Of a stretch of 64,000 bases of DNA, positions 1 through 11,845 are shown in pieces. The translations under genes were made by a program, and so were the position numbers. The notes beneath the pieces were generated by a model, which worked only from the letters and a program-made list of their open reading frames with translations, made no database searches and was not told the DNA's origin. How positions within the stretch are numbered: position 1 is the first letter of the stretch; each line of letters opens with the position of its first letter. Source of the stretch: Octopus sinensis. Taxonomy: Eukaryota. The stretch spans positions 8,122,001-8,186,000 of the forward strand of contig NC_043023.1 in the NCBI RefSeq assembly GCF_006345805.1, read 5' to 3'.

Positions 1-340
1 CAACCACATGGTTCTGGATTCAGTCCCAATGCGTGGCATCTTGGGCAAGTGTCTTCTCTATAGCCCCGGGCCGACCAATGCCTTGTGAGTGGATTTGGTT
101 GACGGAAACTGAAAGAAGCCTGTCGTATATATATATGTGTGTGTTTGTGTTTGTCCCCCTAGCATTGCTTGACAACTGATGCTGGTGTGCTTACTTCCCC
201 GTCACTTAGCGGTTCGGCAAAAGAGACCGATGGAACAAGTACTGGGCTTACAAAGAATCAGTCCCGGGGTCGATTTGCTCGACTAAAGGCAGTGCTCCAG
301 CATGGCCGCAGTCAAATGACTGTAACAAGTAAAGAGAGAG
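1..340 (+). mobile_element. tRNA-derived SINE, family 1 (5'-truncated at window edge)
   Basis: Matches fuller copies at 11303-11845, 24517-24870 and 51545-51945: head GGAGTGGCTGTGTGGTAAG..GGTTCAGTCCC (A/B-box-like), internal (TA)n(TG)n, tail GCTCCAGCATGGCCGCAGTC. Confidence 0.8.
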
Positions 341-736
341 AGAGTATATATATATATATATATGGAAGGGCATCAAGCTGTAGAAACTCTGCGAGATCAG
401 ACTAGAGCCTGGTGCAGCCTTCTGGCTTCCCAGATCCCTGTCGAACCGTCCATCATATGCTAGCATGGAAAACGGACGTTAAATGATGATGATGATATAT
501 ATAAATATATATATACACACACACACGTCAATTCATGTGTGTGTGTATGTGTGCATATCTAATACTATAAATGCGAATATCAGTGCGTCACACTTTTTCA
601 ACTTTACTCCTAGAGGCCGTAGCCCAACATATCATACCATTTTGGAATCAGGCTCAATCTGTGGGTAAATTAAGAACTTTCCAGGGCGAATCTGGACCTG
701 TAAGCCTGAAATTTTGGATTCCCAAGTTAACATTAC

Positions 737-1144
737 GGATCTTTTCGGTTTGAACGCCAGTTTTTTCTAGCGGTGTCATATGAAATTGTCACCCATAATT
801 ATGACCCTAGTATCGATCTATTGCATTTCAATCTGTTTTCGGATTAGGGTTAGGGGAGAGGGGAAGGGTATCTTTATTTCTTCAGAAATATAAATAAACC
901 CAATCTGTTTCTTAAACGAGGGACATATTCGTACGGCACAGAATGTTTTCACCTTAATAGACGTCATTGATTGGTTGAAATTGAAGAAAAAAACCAACAA
1001 ATATCTTACAAACTATAGAATTTTCTCAAGAAAGCCAAGAGAAAAAGATGTTTTATAAACACATTCTACAAGTATACGAAGTTTAAAAGTGTTTAGTTAC
1101 GTGGAAAATATTTTTAAAAACTGCCGTTCAAACAGAAAAGGTCC
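737..1144 (+). mobile_element. MITE, GGATC-terminated, putative Merlin-like non-autonomous DNA transposon
   Basis: TIRs GGATCTTTTCGGTTTGAACG..CAGTTTT / AAAACTGCCGTTCAAACAGAAAAGGTCC; 8-bp flanks AACATTAC (729-736) and ATCATTAC (1145-1152) match 7/8. Confidence 0.8.
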
Positions 1145-1543
1145 ATCATTACTGCTCTTGTTTTTTGTGATTTTCGTTTTTTTACATGATTTTTGTGATG
1201 CATTTCTTTGCATGATAACAATTTCTAATAGCTGGATCCCTGAAAACTTCACAGAAAATATAAAAAATGTAGGCATCTATTAAAAGAGACTTCATTTAAT
1301 AACTATCAAATAATTATCCCATAATCAGAAATATTAAATTTCTAAATATCTCATAGAGATATGTACGGTGGTGGAGCGATAGAGTCGTATACTGTCAACC
1401 TAATGTGACAGTCCTGTAAGGGAATTACACCACCGCTGTTTAGCCCTAGGAAGCATCGACGCTGCCTGTCGGCCTTGATACATTTCCTGTGTCCTTATAT
1501 ATTTACGAAGGGGAGACAAACACCCCCAACAGCTAGGCCTGCA

Positions 1544-1589
1544 TCTAGAGACATGCATGTTTCTGGGTCTTGCCCATCATCAGTCTAGA
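1544..1589 (-). ncRNA. Type I minimal hammerhead ribozyme with intact core
   Basis: Minus strand: UCUAGA-CUGAUGA-UGGG caaga CCCA-GAA-ACAUGCAUGU-C|UCUAGA; stems I and II pair, stem III is a palindrome, GUC cleavage triplet. Confidence 0.85.
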
Positions 1590-1944
1590 GTAGCAGAGGC
1601 CTGCTAGCTGAAGATATTTGTCTAGACTTCGTAAACATATATATTGGTGTATACACCACTGACTTTGTTGCCTCACAAATTCTGGGAAAATGGATGCTTT
1701 TTGACAAAAGTTTCAACAAATAATCACTTAGATCCTGTTGATTGAATGTATGGAAAGATTTGTTGGAAAACGTTTTTTCAAGGGGTTGGGGAAAGGAGTT
1801 TGGGAAAATAGACGCAACCCAACATTTTCTCCTTTGTAACTTACAGGAAAATGTGCATTTTTTAATGAAATTTCATGCAGTTAGCTTTCCAACGGCATAG
1901 ATTATAATTACTGAAGTTGAGGGTGAGTGGTGGCTATATATCTG

Positions 1945-2245
1945 TAGTTCTCCATGCTAGCATGGGTTGGACGGTTCGACCGGGGCTCTGGGAAGCCAGA
2001 AGGCTGCACCAGGCTCCAGTCTGATCTGGCAGTGTTTCTACAGCTGGATGCCCTTCCTAATGCCAACCACTCCATGAGTGTAGTGGGTACTTTTTATGTG
2101 CCACCTGCACAGGTGCCAGGCGAGGCTGGCAACGACCATGATCGAATTTAGTGCATTTTACATGCCACCGGCACGGAAGCCAGTCAAGGCGGCGCTGGCA
2201 TCGGCCACGATTCAGATGGTGCTTTTTATGTGTCACCGGCACATA
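1945..2245 (-). mobile_element. SINE-like repeat, family 2 (CCATGCTAGCATGG palindrome, usually a (TGA)n tail)
   Basis: Shares core GGATGCCCTTCCTAAYGCCAACCACTCC with copies near 9665, 12055, 17205, 22410, 25075, 27025, 36565, 38470, 41385 and 45545. Confidence 0.8.
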
Positions 2246-4477
2246 ATTTTTCGAATTTTAACCAATGAATCGCCTCTAATTGAGCTAAGATTATTTGCTG
2301 CGTCTAAAACATGAGACAACATCCTGTCACTAATCCTAACCCTAAATTTTAATTCTTTTTACTTGTTAAATTAATTTAATTCTTACGCGTTTAAAAAAAA
2401 AACGTCCATTGCTTTAGTTTTTTTTTTACACGCGTAACAATTAAATTAATTTAACAATTAAGAAAAACAAAATAGGGTTAAGGTTAGGCTGAGGCTTAGT
2501 GACAGGATGTTGTATCAGTTTTAGATGCAGCAAATGATTTTAGCTCAATGGAGGTAATCGATTGGTTAAAATTGCCGAAATACTCGGATTTCCAGACGAA
2601 ATATCTTACAAACTATAGAATTTTCTCAATAAAACCAAGAGAAAATGTTGTTTTATAAACACATTCTGCCAGTATACGAAGTTTAAAAGTGTTTAGTTAA
2701 CTAGAATTTGTGTTGACATCTGGCGTTCAAAAGGAAAAGATCCCCCTCCTCTTTTACTCTGCTCCTCACTTCAGCTATACCTCCTCTTCTTCTTGTCGCC
2801 CTTTTCAAGCCTAGCAAGGCTCATGGGACCGGTTTCCTGGTTTCTGTGACGTATGTGGGATCTTTTCCTTTTGAACAGCATTTCTGCAATTTTAACCAAT
2901 CGATTACCTCCATTCAACTAAAATCATTTGCTGCGTCTAAAACTGAGACAACATCCTGTAACTAACTCTAAAACTCCCCCTAACACTAACCCTAACCCTA
3001 ATTTTTTTTTCTTAATTGTTAAATTAATTTAATTCCATTGCTTTAGTTTTTTTTACACGCGTAACAATTAAATTAATTAACAGTTAAGAAAAATTAATTT
3101 AGGGTTAGGGGGGAGGTTTAGGGTGAGTTACAGGATGTTGTCTCAGTTTTAGACGCAGCAAATGATTTTAGTTCAAAAGAGAGCATAGGATTGGTTAAAA
3201 TTCGAAAAATTAAACTACTTTAAACAAACAAATTACAATTTTCTTAAGAAAGCCAAGAGAAAAAAATTTTTATCTTGACACATTCTACCAGTATACGAAG
3301 TTTAAAAGTATTTAATTAACTAGAAATTGTCTGCCGTTCAAAAGGAAAAGATCCCTATGTGTGCCCCCCAACTGGACGGGACGCCAGTCCATCGCAGCAT
3401 TACTCAAGAAACAGGAAAAGGGAGTGAGAGAAAGTTGTGTCGAAAGAGTACAACAGGGGTCGTCACCACCCCCCTGCCAGAGCTTCATGGAGCTACTAGG
3501 TGTTTTTGATCAATAAACACACACAACGCCCAGTCTGGGAATCGAAACCGTGAGTCTGCTGCCCTAACCACTGGGCCATTGCGCCTCCATACCTCCTCTG
3601 CTTAACACTTTTTATTTCTACCTCTGCTCTCAACTGTAGAGAAGTAACAGAAACATGCACAGCTATTTGCTGAGAGGGAGACAAGACAGACATATATATA
3701 GGGGTAGAGTTTACGAAAAAACAAAAGACAAAGACACGTGGTGTACAAAAACAAACTTTTCCTTTTGAACGGCAGTTTTCAGCACAATTCCTAGTTAACT
3801 AAACACTTTTAAAGTTCGTATACTGGTAGAATGTCTTTATAAAACATCATTTTTTCTTGGCTTTATTGAGACAATTCTATATGTTGTAACATATTTCCAC
3901 TTTAAAATCGAGCATTTCGGCACTTTTAACCAATCAAATACGTCCATTTGGAGTCAAAACATACCGTGCTGTATGAATATGTCCCTCGTTTAAGAAACAG
4001 ATTGGGTTTATTTACATTTGCGAAGAAAAAAAGATACCTTTACCCCCACCCCTAACCCTAACTAAACCTGACCCTAAGATAGATTGAAATGCAATAGATC
4101 GATACTAGGGCCATAATAATGGGTGACAATTTCAAACGACACCGCTAGTAATAAATCCCATCTTTATTTTGACACATTCTACCAGTACACGAAGTTTAAA
4201 ACTGTTTAATTAACTAGAAATTGTGTTGAAAACTGCCGTTCAAAGGGTAAAGATCCATTTAGGGTTAGGGTTAGGATCAGTGACAGGATGTCTCAGTTTT
4301 AGAAGCAATCGATTGATTAAAATTTGAAAAATTAAACTATGTTAAACTTACAAATTACAATTTTCTCAAGAAAGGCAAGAGAAAAAGTTGTTTTATTTTG
4401 ACACATTCTACCAATATACGAAATTTTAAAGTGTTTAGTTAACTAGAAATTGTCTGCCGTTCAAAAGGAAAAGATCC
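2246..4477. mobile_element. Cluster of nested and partial GGATC-ended MITEs
   Basis: Ends TTCAAAAGGAAAAGATCC or variants at 2743, 3354, 4256 and 4477; left ends at 2858 and ~3756; internal CCCTAA/TTAGGG tracts. Confidence 0.75.
3366..3588 (-). mobile_element. tRNA-derived SINE, family 3
   Basis: Reverse complement of the head GGAGGCGCAATGGCCCAGTGG..TTCGATTCCCAGAC seen at 51954. Confidence 0.75.
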
Positions 4478-4679
4478 AATTTATGTGCTGGAAAAGGAGT
4501 AGACTTTATTAAAATAATCTGGTGTAAATTTGGAAAAACTCGATGGTAATTTATTGACAGAATGAGAGAAAGAAAATCACTGGAGCGGAAAAAGGAGTAG
4601 ACATTATCAAAATAATCTGGTGAATGGGACAAAGAAAATCACTGGAGCGGAACCAACAACTCAGCAGAGCCATCTCTAG

Positions 4680-5011
4680 GAAAATTAGAGAAATACAATC
4701 ATACGAAGGGAAGTAACTTCTACAACACAGTGAACCACTCAATGTTACAGTAATTATTTTTCGAAGCGGGAACCTGACAATAATTAGGAAAATATATCTC
4801 TTCGTCTTAATTAATAACTTTGAAACTGAAATGTTGATTTGATGCTTATAAAATACTATGACCGACTGATACATGTGATAGAGCTGAAATTAATTAGTAA
4901 AGTGAGAATAAAACAGCGTAATTAATTAGTAAATGTGAGGAGTCCGATTGAAGAATTCCACATTAATATATGTTATCCTGTTGTTTATGAGGCATTGATA
5001 AAACGGTAAGT
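4680..5011 (+). promoter_or_regulatory. Putative promoter and non-coding first exon of ZNF-A, ending at donor ACG|GTAAGT (5005/5006)
   Basis: Module conserved upstream of all four ZNF loci (13260-13750, 18000-18336, 26270-26400), each with ACG|GTAAGT; acceptor TTTCAG at 6486. Confidence 0.5.
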
Positions 5012-5424
5012 TGATAAAGATTTACTCTAATGTTATATTAATAATAGTAATGATGATGATGATTTCAAAACTGGCCAGGGTCAGCAATCTTTATACGAGC
5101 GATAAGTCGATTGCATGGGTCCCGGTTTTTTCCCGAAAGAGATGAAAGACAAAGTCGATCTCATCCGTATTTGAACTCAGGACTTTCCGCCGAGGTTGGC
5201 TTTGTATTTCATTCCATTCCGTGTGAAGAAAATAATAATGATGATGATGATAATAGTAATCTTTTGATAATTAAAACAATAACCTTTTGTGCTTTTGACC
5301 TGAAAATTGGCGGTAAGGCATAAGTGAATTACATGGACCCTAGTACTTGATTGCTTCTTATTTTTTCTACCTGGAAATGATGAAAGGGGACCTTGATGTG
5401 ATATGAACTTTGAGAGTAATGATG

Positions 5425-6156
5425 CGATCTTTTCACTTTGACCGGCAGATTTTAAAAATAATTTCTATGTAACTAAAACATTTTAAACTTCGTATACTGG
5501 TAGAATGTGCTTTAAAAAAATGGTTTTCTCTTAGCTTTCTTGAGAAAATTCTGCATTTTGTAACATATTTGTTTAATTTCTTGCATTTCGGCAATTTCAA
5601 CCAATTAATGACGTCTATTGATGTGAAAACGATTTCTGCCGTAACATTTTCTGGCGGCATTATATGAAAATATCCCTGTTACATATATATATTCGTTTAA
5701 GAAACAGATTGGGTTTATTTACATTTCTGAAGAAAAAAAGATACCCTTCCCCCAACCCTAAAACAGATTGAAATGCAATAGATCGATACTAGGATCATAA
5801 TTATGGGTGGACACTAAATAGGGAACGGTTTTGTTATCCAGCTCTGTTTACGAGTGACCCCTCAGTTTATGGCCACGGGGTATCTTTTTTCTCATAAAAA
5901 ACGGACATTTTCATATGACGCCGCCAGTATATGTTACAGCAGAAATCGTTTTCACCTCAATAGACGTCTTTGATTAGTTGAAATTGCCGAAATGCAAGAA
6001 ATTAAACAACAAATATGTTACAAAGTACAGAATTTTCTCGATAAAACCAAGAGAAAAAGATGTTTTATAAACACATTCTACCAGTATACGAAGTTTAAAA
6101 TTTTTTAGTTACATAGAAATTATTAAAAAAATCTGCCGGTCAAAGCAAAAAGTTCC
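5425..6156. mobile_element. 732-bp long-TIR MITE, putative Merlin-like
   Basis: ~250-bp inverted arms; perfect 8-bp TSD TAATGATG at 5417-5424 and 6157-6164. Confidence 0.88.
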
Positions 6157-6823
6157 TAATGATGTGTAGGGCACTGCCCATGGGCTCATCGTAGACAACA
6201 TGAAGACAGGGACCTTCACTGCTGGATAGCTAGCGAGCTGGTCCAGAAAAGGGAATTCCGGTTGGGCAACATGAAGTCTTAAATCAAACATTTTTCTGAA
6301 AGGTAAAGGTGAAGTGTGTAGTGAACTTGTGTGGGTATACCAATGTTTCAATGCCTCTATGAACTCTGACCCCTGAAAACATTGACATTAAATGGCTGAC
6401 AGTGTTCATGTTGTAATATTTACAATGTTGAATTACTATGTCACTTAACTATCCTCTTTATCTTACTGCTTCTTTTTCTATTTCAGAATATCACATCATG
6501 TTGACATGAAAGAAATTACTTCATTCAGATATGCCTTTGATATTTCTATCAACTAAAGGAAGATGATATATTTATAAGGAGCATTCATCTATATATCAAC
6601 GTTTCTATATAAATATAATCTTGTCTGCAATGTAGAGGAGGTGATTGCTTTACATATTTGGATAACTTTACAAACGAGTTGACAGTTTTCACCTGTTGAT
6701 TTAGGTATTAAGTAAGATCACAGAAGAAAGAAAGATTGACATTAAATTATTCTTTGAAAAAGTAATGCAAATGGACACAAACATATTCATAGAAAAGAAG
6801 AAAACAATATTATTGTGATATAT

Positions 6824-7903
6824 ATGACAAATTATCCTGTCATAATGAATAATTTAACTGAACCTAAAAACCCTGATACAAGAGAGAAACTATATTTCTG
6901 TGATGTCTGTGGTGAATCATTCTCTCGAAGAAATCACTTGACTATTCACAAGTGTATTCATACAGGAGAGAAGCCATATCATTGTAATATCTGTGGTGAA
7001 TCATTCTCTGAAAATGGCAGTTTAACTAAACACAAACGCATTCATACAGGAGAGAAGCCATTTCATTGTAAGGTCTGTGGCAAATCATTCATTGAAAGTG
7101 GTAACTTGAATAAGCACAAGCGTGTTCATACAGGAGAGAAGCCATTTCATTGTAATATCTGTGGTAAATCATTCTCTGAAAATGGCAGTTTAACTAGACA
7201 CAAACGCATTCATACAGGAGAGAAGCCATTTCATTGTAACATCTGTGGTATATCATTCATTGAAAGTGGTCACTTGAATACACACAAGCGCATTCATACA
7301 GGGGAGAAGCCATATCATTGTAATATCTGTGGTGAATCATTTTCTCTAAAGAGCACTTTAACTCAACATAAACGTATTCATACAGGAGAAAAACCATATC
7401 ATTGTGATATCTGTGGTAAATCATTCTCTCGAAGTAATGGCTTAATTAAACACCAGCACGTTCACACTGGAGAGAAACCATATCATTGTGATATCTGTGG
7501 TAAGTCATTCTCTCGTAGTGGCCGCTTGTCTGATCATAAACGTATTCATACTGGGGAAAAGCCATATCAGTGTGATATCTGTGGTAAATCATTTGCTGAA
7601 AATAGCTATTTAATTATTCACAAACGTATTCATACAGGAGAGAAGCCATATCATTGTGATATCTGTGGTAAATCATTCTCTCGCAGTGGCCACTTTTCTG
7701 ATCATAAACGCATTCATACAGGGGAAAAGCCATATCATTGTGATATCTGTGCTAAATCATTCTCTCGCAGTAGTCAATTGTGTAGACATAAACGCATTCA
7801 TAATGGGGAAAAACCATATCATTGTGACATCTGTGGTAAATCATTCTCTGAAAGTGGTGTCCTAACTAAACACCAGTGCAGGATAGAAACCATATCATCG
7901 TGA
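6824..7903 (+). CDS. C2H2 zinc-finger protein ZNF-A (11 complete fingers plus a truncated 12th)
   Basis: Open frame of CxxC..HxxxH units with TGEKP linkers; first ATG 6824; frame ends after an 8-bp deletion in finger 12. Confidence 0.9.
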   Translation: MTNYPVIMNNLTEPKNPDTREKLYFCDVCGESFSRRNHLTIHKCIHTGEKPYHCNICGESFSENGSLTKHKRIHTGEKPFHCKVCGKSFIESGNLNKHKRVHTGEKPFHCNICGKSFSENGSLTRHKRIHTGEKPFHCNICGISFIESGHLNTHKRIHTGEKPYHCNICGESFSLKSTLTQHKRIHTGEKPYHCDICGKSFSRSNGLIKHQHVHTGEKPYHCDICGKSFSRSGRLSDHKRIHTGEKPYQCDICGKSFAENSYLIIHKRIHTGEKPYHCDICGKSFSRSGHFSDHKRIHTGEKPYHCDICAKSFSRSSQLCRHKRIHNGEKPYHCDICGKSFSESGVLTKHQCRIETISS

Positions 7904-8646
7904 CATCTGTGGTAACTCATTCTCTGAAAGTGGTGTCCTAACTAAACACCAGTGCAGGATAGAAACCATATCATTGTGATATCTGTGGTAAATCATTCTC
8001 TGAAAGTGGTGTCCTAACTAAACACCAGTGCAGGATAGAAACCATATCGTTGTGATATCTGTGGTAAATCATTCTTTGAAAGTGGTGTCCTAACTAAACA
8101 CCAGTGCAGGATAGAAACCATATCATTGTGATATCTGTGGTAAATCATTCTCTGAAAGTGGTGTCCTAACTAAACACCAGTGCAGGATAGAAACCATATC
8201 ATTGTGATATCTGTGGTAAATCATTCTCTGAAAGTGGTGTCCTAACTAAACACCAGTGCAGGATAGAAACCATAACATTGTGATATCTGTGGTAAATCAT
8301 TCTCTGAAAGTGGTGTCCTAACTAAACACCAGTGCAGGATAGAAACCATATCATTGTGATATTTGTGGTAAATCATTCTCTGAAAGTGGTGTCCTAACTA
8401 AACACCAGTGCAGGATAGAAACTATATCATTGTGATATTTGTGGTAAATCATTCTCTGAAAGTCGTGTCCTAACTAAACACCAGTGCAGGATAGAAACCA
8501 TAACATTGTGATATCTGTGGTAAATCATTCTCTGAAAGTGGTGTCCTAACTAAACACCAGTGCAGGATAGAAACCATATCATTGTGATATTTGTGGTAAA
8601 TCATTCTCTGAAAGTGGTGTCCTAACTAAACACCAGTGCAGGATAG
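7811..8646 (+). repeat. 76-bp minisatellite, 11 units, derived from one zinc-finger unit lacking 8 bp
   Basis: AAACCATA anchor recurs every 76 bp from 7811 to 8647 (one variant AAACTATA). Confidence 0.92.
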
Positions 8647-9715
8647 AAACCATATCATTGTGATATCTGTGGTAAATCATTCTCATACAATGGTGACTTG
8701 ACTAATTATAAGCATATTCATACTGGGGAAAAAAATATCACTGTGATATCTATCGTAAATCATTTTCTCAAAAACGCCATTTATGTACACGTGAGTATTC
8801 ACACAAAAGTGCAACCATTCAGTATTAATCTTTATTACAACAATTATGGCTATTTTTTTCTGCTGAAAGACAGGGCTATTTTTATCTCTTCAGATATGAT
8901 GTTATCAACTTCAATTTCAATAATGTCAACATCAAATTCATGAATGTCATGTATATATATGGAAGTATATCAACAATGCCTTTGATTTCTGAAGATGATT
9001 GCTCTGGATTTTTGAGCAATTTGTTTTGAGAGAATAAAGAAATGGGAATAATGAATAAAAGGTTACACTGAAGTTGGTTTTGTCTATGTGTTTTCATCAT
9101 TGTTGCTGTTATCATCATCATCCTTTAGTGAAATTTTTTTTCCTTTACTGGCATGGGTGGCACAGTGTGACATTAGCTGGCAAACCATGATGCTGCACTT
9201 GGTTCCAGTCTGATTTGTTTGGGTTTCTTTGGATGTATTCTCCTAATAGAGTTTATGCTGTGTGCGTATGCGCACACACACATGTACGTGTGTGTATGTA
9301 CATACATATATCATCATCATCATCATCCTATGAAAAAATATATATATTTCCAATGATACCGAGGGGAAGGGGGTCCGCCACACTTTTTCCAAGCAAAAAT
9401 AAGGAGTTTGCAGCATATTGTGAGGTCAGGGTACTTGAATCCATGCAAAAAATCTGAGTTATTTTGTTTGTCTTTATGAAAATCTTTTGGGTGAAAATAA
9501 TAAAATTTACCCGAAATTCTTCTGGACACAAACTTCTCCGAAAAAAATTGTGACAACAAATTCGTATGTAATCGTATTCTATACCATCTAAAAAGTATTG
9601 TGATCGTAATCTATCTCATCAGAAATGTAGTCATGGAAAATTTTGAATTACTGTTAATCTACCAAATCATCATCATCAATTAACGTCCGCTTTCCATGCT
9701 AGCATGGGTTGGACG

Positions 9716-9854
9716 ATTTGACTGAGGTCTGGCAAACCAGACTCCAATCTGATCTGGCAGAGTTTCTACAGCTTGATGCCCTACCTAACGCCAACCAGCT
9801 GTAGAAACTCTGCCAGATCAGATTGGAGTCTGGTTCGCCAGACCTCAGTCAAAT
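9716..9854. repeat. Near-perfect hairpin formed by a folded-back family-2 SINE
   Basis: 58-bp arms (9716-9773, 9797-9854) with 1 mismatch and a 23-nt loop; paralogous copy at 22460-22598. Confidence 0.9.
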
Positions 9855-10191
9855 ATACATATATATATATATGTACAAATGATAAGAAGACAAAGAAAAT
9901 TGTTTAACACATTGTGGCTGGGCAGTAAAAACAATTCCCCTGGTACTGAAATTCGTGTGATGGGTGAAAAGTTATTTGACCAGCGACTTCGGAAAATGGG
10001 AGAAACTATTAAATAGATAACTTGACATTTGCTCAGGAATTAAACAATGAAGATATTTATGTTTGTGGTGGCGAAGTTATGTGATCTGCAGTAGAGTAGA
10101 CTAAATCGCCTCCCACCAAGCAGACCAACTTCGTAGCCTTAGAGTAAATAGGCAAGGGAAGAGAGATGCAAAAACAAAAAAAAAATGAGAA

Positions 10192-10549
10192 CTATATATA
10201 TATATAAAGCTGAAGTTGTCTGTGTATGGCAGGTTTGGTAGCCTTCAAATAACACTATCTCCTCTGAGATCCTGCAGCGCAAGTTGGCCAAACTTGAGAG
10301 TTTGATAAAAGAAGGCTTACTCTCCATTCCATAAAGGAAAAAATTAAAATCGGACCATGTTAACACCAAAAATTATTTACATCACAAAGGTACTTTTTCT
10401 CTATGAAAATCCCTATTTTTTACGATTTTTTGACTGCTGTGTCGTCATTTTTCGGTGTATTTCAACAAGAAAAATGTTCACTTAAAGAGGATAACAAGCT
10501 ACATAATGCAAAATTTTTACATTTCAAAAATTCCAATATATACTGCTAG
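10192..10549 (+). mobile_element. Non-autonomous Helitron (3' hairpin deleted)
   Basis: (TA)nAAAGCTGAAGTTGTC start and CTGCTAG|T end; same family as 22936-23333, 53168-53557 and 54111-54530. Confidence 0.7.
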
Positions 10550-11070
10550 TATATATATAAAGAGCTATGTGTAATGACTGTATGACCCAAGGTATTTGTA
10601 ATCAGTCTCCCCTCTACAGGCCACCAATGTCATCCAAGTGAAGGCCAAAAGCCAATGCAGCTTGGCACCAGTGATGTTGCAGCTCATTTCTACAGGTGAG
10701 TGAACTGGACCACCATGAAATAAAGTGTCTTGCTCAAGAACACAACACACAGCCTGGTCCAGGAATTGAACTCACTACTTAATGATTGTGAACCCAGCAT
10801 TCTAACCACTGAGCTATGTGCATCTCTCTCTCCCTCTTTCTCTGTGTGTATACATACATACATATATATGAATGTATATACAGGAGGCAGTTGACAAAGC
10901 CAGCTTCTATATATGGCTGAAATGAGAAGACCCAGAATAGATTTTCCTATTTTTAATTCCAATATTTATAGCTTGTACTTAACATTAAGGTTTTTAATAT
11001 AAATTACTTAATGAGTATAAGACTTTATTTAGATGTATATTAAATAAATAAATTAATTAATTAATAATTT

Positions 11071-11845
11071 AGGCGCAGGAGTGGCTGTGTGGTGAGAAAC
11101 TTGTTAACTAACCACATGGTTCCGGGTTCAGTCTGGTATATGTGTGTGTTTGTGTTTGTTCCCCTAACATTGTTTGACAACTGATGCTGGTGTGTTTATG
11201 TCCCCATTATTTAATGATGTGTAACTGTTCTTAGAATCATGTCTATTTAAAACAAAACTGAAGGGTCTCAGTTGGGGATTGATAAATATAAAAAAGTCAA
11301 TAAGGCGCAGGAGTGGCTGTGTGGTAAGTAGCTTGGTTACCAACCACACAGTTCCGGGTTCAGTCCCACTGCGTGGCACCTTCGACAAGTGTCTTCTGCT
11401 ATAGCTTCAGGCCGACCAAAGCCTTGTGAGTGGATTTGGTAGACAGAAACTGAAAGAAGCCCGTCGTATATATATATATAGGAGTGGCTGTGTGGTAAGT
11501 AGCTTGCTTACCAACCACACAGTTCCAGTTTCAGTCCCACTGCGTGGCTCCTTGGGCAAGTGTCTTCTATAGCCTCGGGAAGTCAAAGCCTCATGAGTGG
11601 ATTTTGTAGACGGAAACTGAAAGAAGCCTGTCGTATATATATATATATGTGTGTGTTTGTCTCCCCAACATTGCTTGACAACCGATGCTGAAGTGTTTAC
11701 GTCCACGTTACTTAGCGGTTCGGCAAAAGAGACCAATAGGATAAGTACTAGACTTACAAAGAATAAGTCCTGGGGTCGATTTGCTTGACTAAAAGACGGT
11801 GCTCCAGCATGGCCGCAGTCAAACGACTGAAGCAAGTAAAAGAGA
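11071..11845 (+). mobile_element. Three stacked family-1 SINE copies
   Basis: GGAGTGGCTGTGTGGT head occurs three times (~11078, ~11309, ~11481). Confidence 0.8.

Noticed and set aside
4259-4275. TTAGGG runs as a telomere or fusion site
   Set aside because: Only 2-4 imperfect units, always internal to MITE copies.
5111-5323. ORF conserved in both duplicates (also 6109-6351, 8882-9121, 4435-4632)
   Set aside because: Conservation reflects the recent segmental duplication; the sequence is SINE, MITE or intron derived.
7656-7865. MISVVNHSL.. ORFs overlapping ZNF genes (also 15921-16130)
   Set aside because: +1-frame readings of the finger repeats; no independent evidence.
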